Source: Botryllus schlosseri (Eukaryota). Taken from it: a stretch of DNA of 64,000 nucleotides. The first letter of the stretch is position 1. Every line of letters begins with the position of its first letter. Below are positions 23,401-35,365 of the stretch, one piece after another. The DNA lies in the NCBI GenBank assembly GCA_051294905.1, contig CM119384.1:11718001-11782000 (forward strand), in the 5' to 3' direction. The notes below the pieces were generated by a model that ran no database searches, was not told the DNA's origin, and saw only the letters and a list, made by a program, of their open reading frames with translations. Both the position numbers and the translations under genes were made by a program.

Positions 23401-26400
23401 ATACAAATGATATGATACATTATACACTACCCACACATGAGAATATAAACGTTTGATTAAAATTATACAACAGGGTTGGTAAAGGGGAGTACTGCGCAGT
23501 GCGCAATGTAAGTAGGCCTATTGAACCGTCAAGAAACTGATCCATTTGTATTGAATTAATCTACTACTACTATGACAACATAAGCTGTGATCGTTTCGTT
23601 TGCTGTCAATTTATGGGTGATATGTAACAATCGAGGATCAGTGAATCAGTGAATGACTGGTTGCTCTCACAAGTGAGAGTTCGCGTATCGTGAACACCCG
23701 CGTATCGTGAAGAATCCAAACATACACAAGATACCTTTATTAAAACGACACTGTTTTCTTGATGACTTGAAATTGACTGTAAATATTGCGCCGCGTCATG
23801 AGTCAATCCACATTTCTGAAGCGGCAAGTCAAGTCATTTTTGCAAAACGACTCGAGTCAAGTCATACGGAAAAGTTGACTCGAGTCAAGTCATGATTCGA
23901 GTCATCCCAACACTGCTATAGTCTCTAAGATTCTTTTTGCTCTTTGGTAGTGGTCTCACTCCGCAATAGGCATTGTGTATGCTTATTGGTATGATGTGTA
24001 CTTTCTCTTGAAGTGAGATTCATTGATACCTTTTCTGTAGACCCCAGTCTATAATGTCGCTTCCGTATTTATTAGATTGTTTTGTTACTGTTTTGTGTTG
24101 TGCCAGAGTTGACCACGGTACTTCTCCTTCGCCTTGTGCATTTTCATCAATATTTCATGCTTTTGAATGAAATCTTGGTCAGCATGTGTCTTCAGTGTGC
24201 AGGTGCTCCCTGGAGAGTGAAATTGAAATTTAATGTTCATTTTTTTGCAAAACCTGTGGAAATATGTATTATAACTCTTCCTTCACTTTATTGTATCACC
24301 TATGTAGGTGCAACTGTGGGTTGGAGCTCATTTTTCCAAATCAGATAAATGGTTAAATCCCTGGAATCGGGCCAGTCAAAGTTTTGTTAATGTATAGGGT
24401 GTGAAAGGGATACTTCAATTTCAGCCTGCTCCACAGCACACTGCACACACATCTATATGTTTTGGTGAAGACTTGATCATTACACTACTTGGGTTTTGTA
24501 GTAATTCCAGTTTAGTTTCTTTTCACTATGATATGTAGGGCATAGCATAATAGGATTATCTTGTTTTTATAGTGGATGTTTGCACAAACTAATTTATGAC
24601 TCTTGCCTAACTACTAGCCAACCGGGTCTTCGTCAAGCGCAACAATAGCATATAGGGTTTATTATTGTAGAGTGTTTGCAATTCTTCTTCTCAAAAGGAT
24701 AATATTACAGGGACGTCTTGTATTGTATTGTACTCCGACAGTGGCATAGCGATATCCATATTGTAACAGATTTCTCACAGTCGAAGAATTTTATGATATC
24801 TGAGAATCTACCGTTAGAACTTTGTATATTGTTAACTTGCAACTAACCCCATATGAGGCATTAGTCTGGTACCTCCAAGGTGCGCATTTGACTTGATTAT
24901 ATTATTTGATCTTCATTTGTGCTGTCATACAACATTTCTATCAATATCCTAAAGTTTATTAAATGTAAACCTCTCTTTAGCAACTAGAGATGCAATTGTC
25001 AAGGCCCAAGTTTTGGCTGGAGGAAGGGGTAAAGGTCACTTCACCAGTGGATTGCAAGGTGGAGTTCAGATTGCGTATTCGTAAGTATACTTTTCTGCTG
25101 CTTTGGAATTGGGCAAATTGGCAATAAATAGTGTCTATGATGACTCATTACTATCGAACCCTAATTCATATCCAGGATCCATCCTAATCTATCCACCAGA
25201 ACTACAGTACGGTACGGTAGTGTTCTGAATGATATTGTAGATTACGGAAGCATCACTCGTGCTATATTCCATGCTTTTTGAATGGACGATCTGAAGTTCC
25301 TTCCCCGTGCTTTACTAGGGTAGTGTAGGGTGCTTCTCAAAGTACTAACCAACACAATGAGGAACCCACTAAACAAGTACAGTAATGCAATTTGATTAGG
25401 TACTCGTCCTATATTGATTTGATTTACCCAATTTGTTACCGTATCTGGAATTTCAAGCAAGGTCAACAATCCCCAGTCACCTTGAAAAGTAAAGTATATC
25501 AATACTTGAGTCTTACTAAAAATGCACATTGTTTATATTTTAGATGCTCACTGGCTGGTAACTCTCTCTCTCTCCTAATCATGCATTTTTTGTTACTGCT
25601 CAAATTATTACCGCAGGCCCAGGCTATGTCCTATTATTTTAGTGGGCAATTTTTGTATGGTAACTATTTCTTGGTACATGTCCGAGTCACGGGCAAAGCA
25701 CGTCTCAGTCAGCTCCATTTCTTTCACAGCCCGGAGGAAGTGAAAGATGTCGCCGAGAAAATGCTCGGCAACAAGCTGATCACAAAACAGACCGGCGAAG
25801 CTGGCCTGATCTGCAATAAAGTTTTGATCGTCGAACGCCGGTATCCGAGAAGGGAATTCTACTTCGCCATAACGATGGAAAGGGGTCTGCACAAATTTGT
25901 AAGTCTTGAGAATGTAGCCTGGTTGCCGTGGACATGATGTTGGCGGTGCGTTGGTGCTCCACTATGAAAAAGCAGTGTAAATCATAACAGTAATACCCCC
26001 AAACCCGACACGCAGTGATGCTATTCTTGATAAACGAATATCTGGAATAAATTTTGAATTTGGTATGAACTTGTATAAGTGAGCATTACACCTCAGAGTA
26101 GTAGTAATATCCGAACCTAAATGATCAACAGACATGATGAACATGGGCCCAATGTCCCACCGCATCCCAATAGTAACAGCTGTTGCGGGATGTCGGTAAA
26201 ATTATTTTCTTCGTCTAGTTACAAAACTTTGCAAAAAATGATAATGCCCTCGCCGAAAAGCTGAATTCCAGCTGGCATTTCGGAAGTTATCACTTCCTGA
26301 CACAAGGTACAGCTGTGGTGCAAGCTGGTGTACTTTCAAAGCAAATGCTGAACCTCACCGTGCGATTACAATGTATCGTTACAACACTAATCTGCTACAA

Positions 26401-29400
26401 GTTGTCCCATGAAATCAAGATGCTCACATGCGATTAATTAATGTATGTGCTAAATTGGTTGTGATATGTCTTAGGCTTGATTACAGGGGTCATATTGATT
26501 TGATTGATTCTCTCTTGAGAAGGCAAGGCCTCAATGTGTGCCAGTGGGATAAATTAGTAATTGTAGTAATTCTGTGACGCGATATTATTTTGCGATGTCG
26601 CAAAACAGGAAAAGTAGTTCTGGTTAGCAAAAGAAGCCCTTGAGTCTACTCATATTTGACTTAAAATTTGAAAGCACCACTTTCGTTTGCGCATTAGTGG
26701 CCTCGACAATTGCTCTGGCCACCTCTGGATCGTAGCCAGCAGTCAAATTCAACTCATGTCATCCTGTACCCAACTTCAAATATTTTTCTCTGCATTTGCT
26801 GAACTTTATGTGTGAATTGGCTAGCGTTCATAAATAGCCAGTGTCAAAACAGCTAGTGTAAAAAATAGTAATTTTAAAATCTTCGCAGGGGAATCAGAGT
26901 AGCTTATCTCCATCTTACGTAAATATTGAGAGAATTATGTTTTTGTAACTTTGAAACAATGCGACGAACATAACTATGGTCAAGATATGGCTGGAAAAAA
27001 AATGAAAAAATGTACATGAACTTGATTTTCTCAAAATTTTAGAAATGGATCACAAAATTTGATTTCGCAGCGACGAAGCGATACTCGTGATAGCAAGTCA
27101 TTCAAAAACATCCGAAAAGTAACCCTACTAACCCCAACATGACCTCACCATTAACCATAATCGTAACACAACTCAATCCAACTCCTACCTCAAACTAGCT
27201 ATGTTGAATCACTCGCATTTTTAATGTCTAGGTATTATGACACTCGCTGTTTTGAAATAGACATTTTGAAATTCGCTATTTTGGCACTCTCATTTTGTTC
27301 GGACCCAATGTGAGATCCGTCTTGATTCTTCACGCAGGGTCCTGTCATGATAGGAAGCTCTGCGGGCGGCATGAATATCGAAGAAGTCGCGGAGAAGACC
27401 CCCGACAAAATCGTGCGGCAACACGTCGATATTACGGAAGGCGAGATTTCCGAGATATGTAGCTTCCCGACTTCTTAGTTATTTTTCCGCGATAATTCCG
27501 TCCAGGTATTTCAAAAGAGCAAGCACTGTCACTGGCGGAGCGTATGGGCATTCCGGACGCCGCTAAGGAAAACGCGGCTGATTACTTTATAAGACTATAT
27601 AATCTTTTTATCGAGTCTGACGCTACGCTCATCGAAATTAACCCGCTCGCGGAGGACTCTGAAGGCCACGGTAATATTTTTTGATCTTTGCATTGTTAGC
27701 GCATGTAGCTGATTTTATGTCTTCAATGTACTATATAGCATGAGCTCATAATGCGACTTCAATCAAGCCAGATTATTGTATCTCAGTGGTTTTCAACCTT
27801 TTTTGTCTTCATTCCCCACTTCAGATTTATTTCGAGTCCTCATTCCCCACAGCTCATATATACCCTTGAAAATAGGGTTTCAATTTTTCTGAATAACCTG
27901 AAAATTTAAATTGGCTCTGCCGTGGCTTATACTTGTTAAAATTGAACCAAATTTGGTGTGGAGCGTTTTTTAGGGTAACCTGACGTGAATGACTGAAATC
28001 CGGAAAAAAGAAGTTATTTCTGAACAACCCTAGCGTATGCGTATCATGGCGTTGCTAGGCTATCTGCGCATGTGCGTACCATGCGTGTATAATGTGTATA
28101 TGCCACTAGACCAGGAGGGTGTAGAAATAGTCGTGTAAGTCTTGCACCACCCCTCCTTACTGATGTCTCTCATTCAGGAGCCAAATTAAAGTTGAACTTT
28201 TTAACGCCTTATTGCAAGGCTAACTCTGAGGGGCTTGTGTTCCATGCGCATTAAGGCTAGAATGTACCAATGTTCAGTAATCTGTATGGATGCAAAGCTG
28301 AACTTCGACGACAACTCGGCGCACAGGCAGAGCAAGATATTTGATATGAAGGACGCGTCCCAGGAAGATGAGAGGGACGTAATCGCCGCGGGTCTAGGAA
28401 TCAACTATATCGGCCTGGACGGGAAAATCGGCTGTTTGGGTGAGAATATCGTGGATGCTTCTGTTTTAACATCTTGTACGATCTCAGAGTGCATGATAGA
28501 CAAGATGGTTTCTCGTAAACTGTGGCACGTTAAGAACTTGTTGATCGTCTTTATGCTTTCAATTGTCCTCCTGTCATTTTGATAACATAACCGTGCAGCT
28601 GGGCCTACATGAGTGACACGCATCACTTCAAAATAGCTGCAAGCAGAACTAAATTCGTTTATTGTCAGTGCACATCATAGCGTTGTCGGGATGGAATTTT
28701 CCATTTATGATTAGTTTTGCAGTTTACCTGGATCCTTGACCCAAGAGGTTATGTTTCAGATCAATTCCACTCCCACTCCTTCCTACTCCTACAGTTTTTT
28801 ATCAAAAGTACTTGCTTTTTACACTTTTAATTTGGAAAAGTAGAAAGAAGTTTTGAGATACTTTCCTGTGTGAAACGGTCATGGAAACCGTGTGTGATAG
28901 CAAGCACTGCAGTGTTATCACTAATTTTGCTTTAGTTACGATGATGCATCTTGCAATTGTAAAGGTATGGTATCAAGACGTGACCAGAGTTTCACCTTAC
29001 AGTAAACGGAGCAGGACTCGCCATGGCAACCATGGATATCATCAAACTACACAACGGCTCACCCGCCAACTTCCTGGATGTGGGAGGTGGGGCCACCGCC
29101 GAGCAAGTAATGGAGGCATTCAAATTGATCACTTCAGATTCCAACGTGAGTGATTTGGTTTTGACGCCACACACCTCATTTCCGGACCGGTTGGGATTTG
29201 ATTTCAGGTCAAGGCTGTGCTAGTTAATATTTTCGGAGGGATCATGAGGTGCGACGTTATCGCGCAGGGAATTTTACAAGCCGCCGACAAACTGGATTTG
29301 AAAATTCCGATCGTAGTGAGACTGCAAGGTGAGTCGAAAGATTACTGGTGAATTCGACACCTGATGAATTTGACATCAGACATGTAATACCTAGTATTTA

Positions 29401-29669
29401 TAAGTAGAGTGTTGGACCTGTTGAAAATTATTTCTCTTCTACAGGCACAAGGGTTGAAGACGCAAAGGCTATGATCGCGACCAGCGGCCTTCGTATATTG
29501 ACTTGCGACAACTTGGACGAAGCGGCAAAAATGGTTTGGATATTTCGATTGCTTTTCCGATTTTGCCTGCGCCAATACAAAGTCATGTTTTCAGGCTGTG
29601 AAATTGTCTACCATTGTAGAAATCGCTCAAGAAGCACATGTCGACGTCAAGTTTGAACTGCCCATCTAA
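20407..29669 (+). CDS. SUCLA2: Succinate-CoA ligase [ADP-forming] beta subunit, mitochondrial; 11 exons, 452 aa
   Basis: Exons 20407-20475, 20612-20774, 24981-25080, 25730-25898, 27338-27440, 27506-27670, 28278-28439, 29003-29145, 29208-29328, 29445-29533, 29595-29669; phases are consistent, total 1359 nt. Basic transit peptide [15 protein letters not shown]. Motifs [72 protein letters not shown] and C-terminal VKFELPI fit the ADP-forming paralog rather than SUCLG2. Intron 5 is GC-AG. Confidence 0.95.
22391..23055 (+). repeat. ~330-bp tandem duplication inside the nested element
   Basis: Units 22391-22720 and 22721-~23055 both start cgtttaggatttctgtgat and align throughout with scattered substitutions. 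Confidence 0.85.
22841..23152. mobile_element. Third-level nested hAT-type MITE (CAGTGGTTCTCAAACT)
   Basis: cagtggttctcaaact at 22841 and agtttgagaacctctt at ~23137-23152; TSD only partly matching (ccttggca/ccttaaaa). Confidence 0.55.
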
Positions 29670-31559
29670 AGACCTCTTGTTCTGTTTTCAGTTCTGTTCT
29701 ATATAGTATAATGTTGATTGCGATTTTCCGCCGAAATCATCTCTCTGCACAGTTAACCAAAAGCAACTGCTCACGACTGTTTTTCAAAACTGGGACTGTT
29801 GAAGTCGTCTGGGCCGTTGCCAGTAGATTGTCGGGAGATGCTGTGTACGTTGAATAATTGACGCTGTTCCATGTCTTCATATTGCCCATTGTACGAACCT
29901 CTGAAACCTCAGTTGGCTTGCTGGTGATGGTAATCAGAAATGTTCCTATAAATTTTATGGTCGTCTGTATGTATGGGATGGAAATAAGGATAACGGTATG
30001 ATTTTGATCTCGTGTGTTATGCTGCAACCTCGGTAATATTTTGGGTCGGAAGCGTAGGTGTAGCCAGGATGAAAATTTGGTAGCAATGGTATAAAATTTC
30101 TCTCTTGTGTAGAGTAAGGTTACTGAGCAGTTTTGGTGTGATGGGTATATGCGATGTCGCAGTGAACAGGTCGGAACCTAGAGGGGCGAAGGCGCTTCTG
30201 CCACTGGTTTGGCGCGCGATAGTCTACAGTCATAGCTGGCGCAGTGGACGAATGTCTGATGACTAAGCTGTATATGTGTTTAGAGTGTGGGTGGAACGCG
30301 GTTACAGTAGGGGGGTGCCGTACGTCCTCTTTTTCTCAATAAAAGTGCACTGTCCTCGGAGGACGCCCAAATATCCTCTCTTTTGCTTTCAACGAGACTA
30401 GACAGCGAAGACTAAAAAAGCTCAACCCAGTACAATCTCATCCCGGGGTCACCAACGCGGTAGCCTGCGAGGACTTCATATGTCGCCCTCAGTCGTAGTA
30501 GTAAATGTTCAAATGAGAGCTGTGAAAGTCGAAGCGGAGAAGGGTTTCATATGAGCAGCAGTTTTCGATCGGGGATCTCTGGTTAATATCCGCGAGTCTC
30601 GACACGGAAATTGTCGCTTCGGCGCGCAGAGCGGCAACGCAGAAAAGAAATACAACGTCTCGTCTAACGGTCTCGTTGAAAATATTTAAGCAACTAACAA
30701 AATGCGTCCTCGAAGAACCATTCCCCTTTCTTGAGAAAACACGAGATATTAATATCGTGGCAACTTGCATTGCACTTCGCTTCTGATAATGCTGGTGACG
30801 ATTTTCAATATTACCAACGGTTATCGATGTCACCAGGACAGCATAAAATAATTTAAAAATTAACACTGTCGTGCTTCTTTCAAACTGCTATAAAATTGTG
30901 TTAAACACGAATTACGTGACAATTGTTGATGAATTCTATATTTGTAATTACGGACTTCCTTAAGGTGTCGCCCGGCAGCACTGAAATTTGGTTCAGGCTC
31001 ATACAATTCAAGCAAGCTCAAGCACACCAGTTTTTGTCCAATGGGCCAAATACAGACCATTGCACATGCCACCTGAGTGTTTGCTAATTGCTATGCAATG
31101 CTAATTTGTAATCCTAACAATGGCTGTTTTACCCTCACACGTCACACCAAAATTCTATGACTGTCTTTTGTCTGCTTTTCGGAATGGTACACAAACCCAA
31201 TTTGTAGTAACAAAAATCCGAAAAGGGATTATCAATGCTGCAAGACATAGCCAATGCGCAGCCCATATTCACATAGTCATTTTAATGCGAGTGTTGCTGT
31301 TGAATTTCTTCAGCCGAAGCACGAAACGAGGCAGTATCCCTGTCTGGAGTGCTCGTTTCATAAGCGATTCAACATGCGCTTATTATAGTCTCTTTTTTGG
31401 ATTTAATTTCATTAGTGTTAGGAACAAGTCACTACCTTCGAGTCACAAGTAATCTCGCGTCATTTCACATTTTACTGCGAAGTACCTGTAGCCTCAGCCA
31501 AGAAAGAGGATAGAATACAAAACCTCAGAAAGTTGAAAAAATTTATATGGTACATAGGC

Positions 31560-32145
31560 CAGGGACGGGCAACCCACGGCTCGCAGGCCGGATCCGGCCC
31601 GTGACGGGATATTGAGCGGCCCGCAGAGAGTTTCCACCGTAGAAGAGAAATTCTTATCTGGAAGTATTGACAAATTTTATGCGCCACAGAATTAATGCAA
31701 ATTTGCCAACCTGATAAAGATGGTCATGAAACTTATTCTGTTCGGGTCTACATACTTTTGCGAGCAAACATTTTCGACCATAAAAACATGGGGCTATTAA
31801 CAAGATAAGGCTGCTGCGTTCCAATATAGCTGATGTTCACGTGCAAACTTTAATAACGATTTCTACATCCGACATGCAACCAGAGTTCAAAGAACTTGTT
31901 TACAACTTTGATCGACCGCAGATGTCTCGTTTAGTTCAACAGATATTGAAGTACAGTAAGTTATTAAATTCATTAAATACTATGCTTGGTCGATATGCTT
32001 TAAACTTGAAGTTTGCATTAAATGCGATTTATTCCTTGTACAGGTGGATAAACACGCAATTAATGAATCGATTCTGTAATCCGGTCCACCAAGTAATTCA
32101 TTTTCCCATATCAATTCCGTCGACCGGAGAAGTTGCCCGCCCCTG
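31560..32145 (+). mobile_element. Internal-deletion derivative of a Buster/SPIN hAT transposon retaining a decayed dimerisation-domain fragment
   Basis: TIRs cagggacgggcaac / gttgcccgcccctg, flanks ACATAGGC/ATGTAGGC. ~31700-31930 translates, with a frameshift, as ANLIKMVMKLILFGSTYFCEQTFSTIK...LRSNIADVHVQTLITISTSDMQPEFKELV, the FGSTYxCEQxFS motif of SPIN/GTF2IRD2-type transposase C-termini. Confidence 0.8.
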
Positions 32146-32306
32146 ATGTAGGCTACAATTTACGCCTGTTTCAACTGTAATGCAGAATGTGATGTATAAA
32201 CTATTTTTCTTTAATTTGAATCATAAAATTGCGCTGTTTACTGTGGAGACTGATCACTGCGAGCAATCTAAGGCACAGAACAATTGCTATTAAGAATACT
32301 TTACTA

Positions 32307-32725
32307 TAGGGTTACCATACGTCCTCTTTAAAGAGGATTTGTCCTCTTTTATGACTTTTTTTAAAGTGTCCTCGGAGGACGCCCAAATGTCCTATTTTTT
32401 GAGAATTTGTCATCTTTTTTGAAAATTTTGGTTAGATATAGGCTAAAATTCGACTGAGATATAGGAAAGGAGTACTCAAGTAACGTTATGGCGGGTATTT
32501 CGGGAGTTGACCCGGTAATAAGATGGCCTTTTTTTAGTCAACCAACGGAGAATTCGACAAAAGTGTATATTTCAGGAGTCGAGTCGGAAAAATGACCTTT
32601 CTTTAGTCAACCAACCACAAAGTCCGGGAAAATTTACCACTTTCCCGGATTTTACTCCATTTTTGTAAGTCTCAAAATTTTGAAAAAGTGTCCTCTTTTC
32701 AGATTTCCAAAATATGACAACCCTA
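32307..32725. mobile_element. hAT-type MITE, TAGGGTTACCATA family (second copy)
   Basis: Shares tagggttaccatacgtcctc, aaagtgtcctcggaggacgccc, tttagtcaacc and aaaagtgtcctcttt..agatttccaaaatat with 3757-4169. Flanks CTTTACTA/GTGTACTA (6/8). A decayed fragment also lies at ~30310-30385. Confidence 0.85.
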
Positions 32726-34068
32726 GTGTACTACAACCAGTACGACAACGTAAGCTAAGTTGAGCTTGAATTGGTTAAAATGGCGTTCTTTATTTATTTT
32801 TTGTGAACTGCAGTAAATACAGTCAAAAGGCAGTACGAACGGCGCGATTATCAAGTTGATGAGTAGGCCTATGCGATATTCATGAATTGCTCTGTGCCCA
32901 CGGCATGTGGTTGTATAAACCCCGTGTCTTTCATTTGGCGACCAGTCATCATATCTAATTGAGTAATTCGTAATTGTGATGACAGAAGACTGCTATCAAA
33001 GTGCCGCACTTTTATGCGGTTATCGATTGTGGCGCAATTATTCCAAGATGATGCGCGTCGTTCTTCTGATATAGCCTATACGAGGTGAGACATGATAAAC
33101 AGGAGTCATCGGGTTGCTCTCTATATGATTATATGATCATTAGTCATTCCCGATTATGTAACGACAATGCGATATAAAAACAAGGTCGCGCATGATGAAT
33201 GAAACGACACTATCGGTAAAGTATCATTCGTTTTCAATTCAAGATATCACAATAATTGTTATTCAGTGAAAAGAAAAGAAGGACTCGAACTGACTTGGTG
33301 AAAAATTTGGATTTGAATAAAATAGTATTCATGGTGGGCACCACTATAATAAATATTTAAAGAATTGGTCACCGTAAATACTATTTTATTCATAATCCAA
33401 ATTTTTCGACGGCGATAACTCCGCTTCCACTGGTTGGAATTCAACCAAATTTGGTGAACATCGTTGCTATAGACAACCTAACACTTTCATGGAGTGAACA
33501 GAAAATTTTCAAATTTTTTGTTATTCATTTGAATATAAATAAACTTTCTTCTCCTGTAGCAATGCGGCTACTGGTTGGAATTGAACCAAATTCGGTGTGT
33601 AGGCTTAAATTAGGTAACCTAACAATTTTATCAATTAGCCAGTGCGATTTGAGAAAAAAGTCGTTTTGAAGAGCTCTATTGCGCATATATGAGGACGAAT
33701 CTACCTAACACGCACGAACCGGTTTTTCTAAGTACAGCACTGAAAGTTGGAGTTATACTAAAATTACAATTGGGATTCGAATTATAAGTCAGCATTTCCA
33801 TTTTGATTTTCCTGGATGTTTAGCAACCCAAACGTTTCAAAATGCGTGGACCCCGAGGTCGGGCTATTGCGCCAACTATAAGATTTAAAAAAAATACAAA
33901 ATTGAGACTATAACTTAATCAATGTCACGATCAAAGATCTTAGGAAAAAGTTTAATCAAGTTCCTATCATAAATAAATTATTACTTCGCAGTTTTTCAAT
34001 ATTTCTATTACGTTTCTCCGCACAAAATGTTGTCGCGGACCATAGTTTACCCATTCTTGAATCTAGAT

Positions 34069-34200
34069 CAGTGATTCTCAACTGGGGGGTCCGCGGACCC
34101 CTAGGGTTCCACGAAGCATTTTCAGGGGGTCTGCAAAACCTCGAAATTGGAAAAATTATTGATAACCTAAATTCTAAGTTTTTTTTTAAACTGAAGGGAA
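34069..34200. mobile_element. Left-end fragment of a hAT-type MITE
   Basis: cagtgattctcaactgggggtccgcggaccc; preceded by the TA-centred 8-mer ATCTAGAT; right end not found. Confidence 0.5.
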
Positions 34201-35268
34201 ATCACGACGCAGTTTCGCTTCATAACTGCTAAAATTTCAGGATCAACGCTGGTCGTGCTGGCCATCTGTAATGAAGTGTTCTACTGTGCAAATTCATTTC
34301 AATTGGCAAATTTCCAATATCCTACTGAATATGACACAAACATATTGCTGTTTAGAGATGTTTTGTTTGGGGTTTGTAAAACATCTAAAGCGTTATAGTA
34401 GTAAGGTCAATTTGGCTGACTTCGGAATGTTTTCGAAAATTGTGCATTTGAAGTCGTCAGTGTCAGTCGCTTGAAATAGAAATTGCCGAAGTTTTTGTGC
34501 CCAATCTGTCCAAATAATGGGATTGAAACCTCACCGTGGAACCCATTTTCTCCTGTGATACACGATAGCCACTATTCTAGAATACCTTCAAGATCAGCTG
34601 TCAGATAGAAATGACTGTAGACCGGACGTGATATGTTTAGTGAGAAATCTTTTTCTCAAATTTTGTTGCCATATATTACATTAATATTACATTCGGCACC
34701 ACCTATCTTTGTGGAAATGGATTTTAGGCACTCGTTCGTATCAAATCGATTTTCAAGACGCGTCCTCGTATTTGAAGAAATGCAGCTGCAGAATTTGCTT
34801 TAAAATGATAAAAGTCTGCCCGATTTCTACATATAGTAATTTTTAAAAAAAATCATTTTGTTGCTGTTTATCAGCAGTCCACAATTTTCTTTCACTATAG
34901 GATTCACCGCTATGTTATGGTAATTGGACGATCGAGATGCACTTGTATTGTAGCTATATGGGCTTTAGATTCCACGTCGACACCTGTTGTCAAGCAATAA
35001 TGTCATCATTTTCATTCATGTCCACATCACGTTCAAGGCCGACAGGTCCACATTGCAGAAAATGTGTAATTTATTGACAAAAACTGTGTTTGCATTGCAT
35101 CCTCGCATATCGGTGGAGGTCCGATATTCAGCGAAATCTATGTTTCATTCAAAAAGCGAATTCAAGTTAGACATCTATACAGAAATCCATGTCACAATCA
35201 TTTTTATTTGTCAGCGTCTATAAGGCAGAAGAAGATCCGTCGAAACGTAAATCAATCGATCGATACTA

Positions 35269-35365
35269 TAGAGGTCGACCGATATTGATTTTTAAGGCCG
35301 ATACCGATTATCGACACACTCACCAAGCCGATAACCGATATCATATAGGCCGATATTAACATGAA
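35269..35365. mobile_element. Left-end fragment of a MITE with CCGATA subterminal repeats
   Basis: tagaggtcgaccgata followed by several gccgata/accgata units. Confidence 0.5.

Larger units (their letters stand above)
21537..23915. mobile_element. hAT-type element (CAGTGTTGGGA TIR, GACTCGAGTC subterminal motifs) in SUCLA2 intron 2; host of nested insertions
   Basis: TIRs cagtgttgggat / atcccaacactg, perfect TSD CTATAGTC. Confidence 0.9.

Noticed and set aside
27117-27200. Degenerate aaccct/taaccc repeats resembling interstitial telomere
   Set aside because: No run of true (TTAGGG)n; more likely a decayed internal part of a repeat element.
29775-29915. Possible minus-strand terminal exon (GSYNGQYEDMEQRQLF...) convergent with SUCLA2
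   Set aside because: No upstream exons found and no homology signal.
30489-30866. 125-aa minus ORF
   Set aside because: It follows a MITE-like left end (~30443), has no motif and no splice context.
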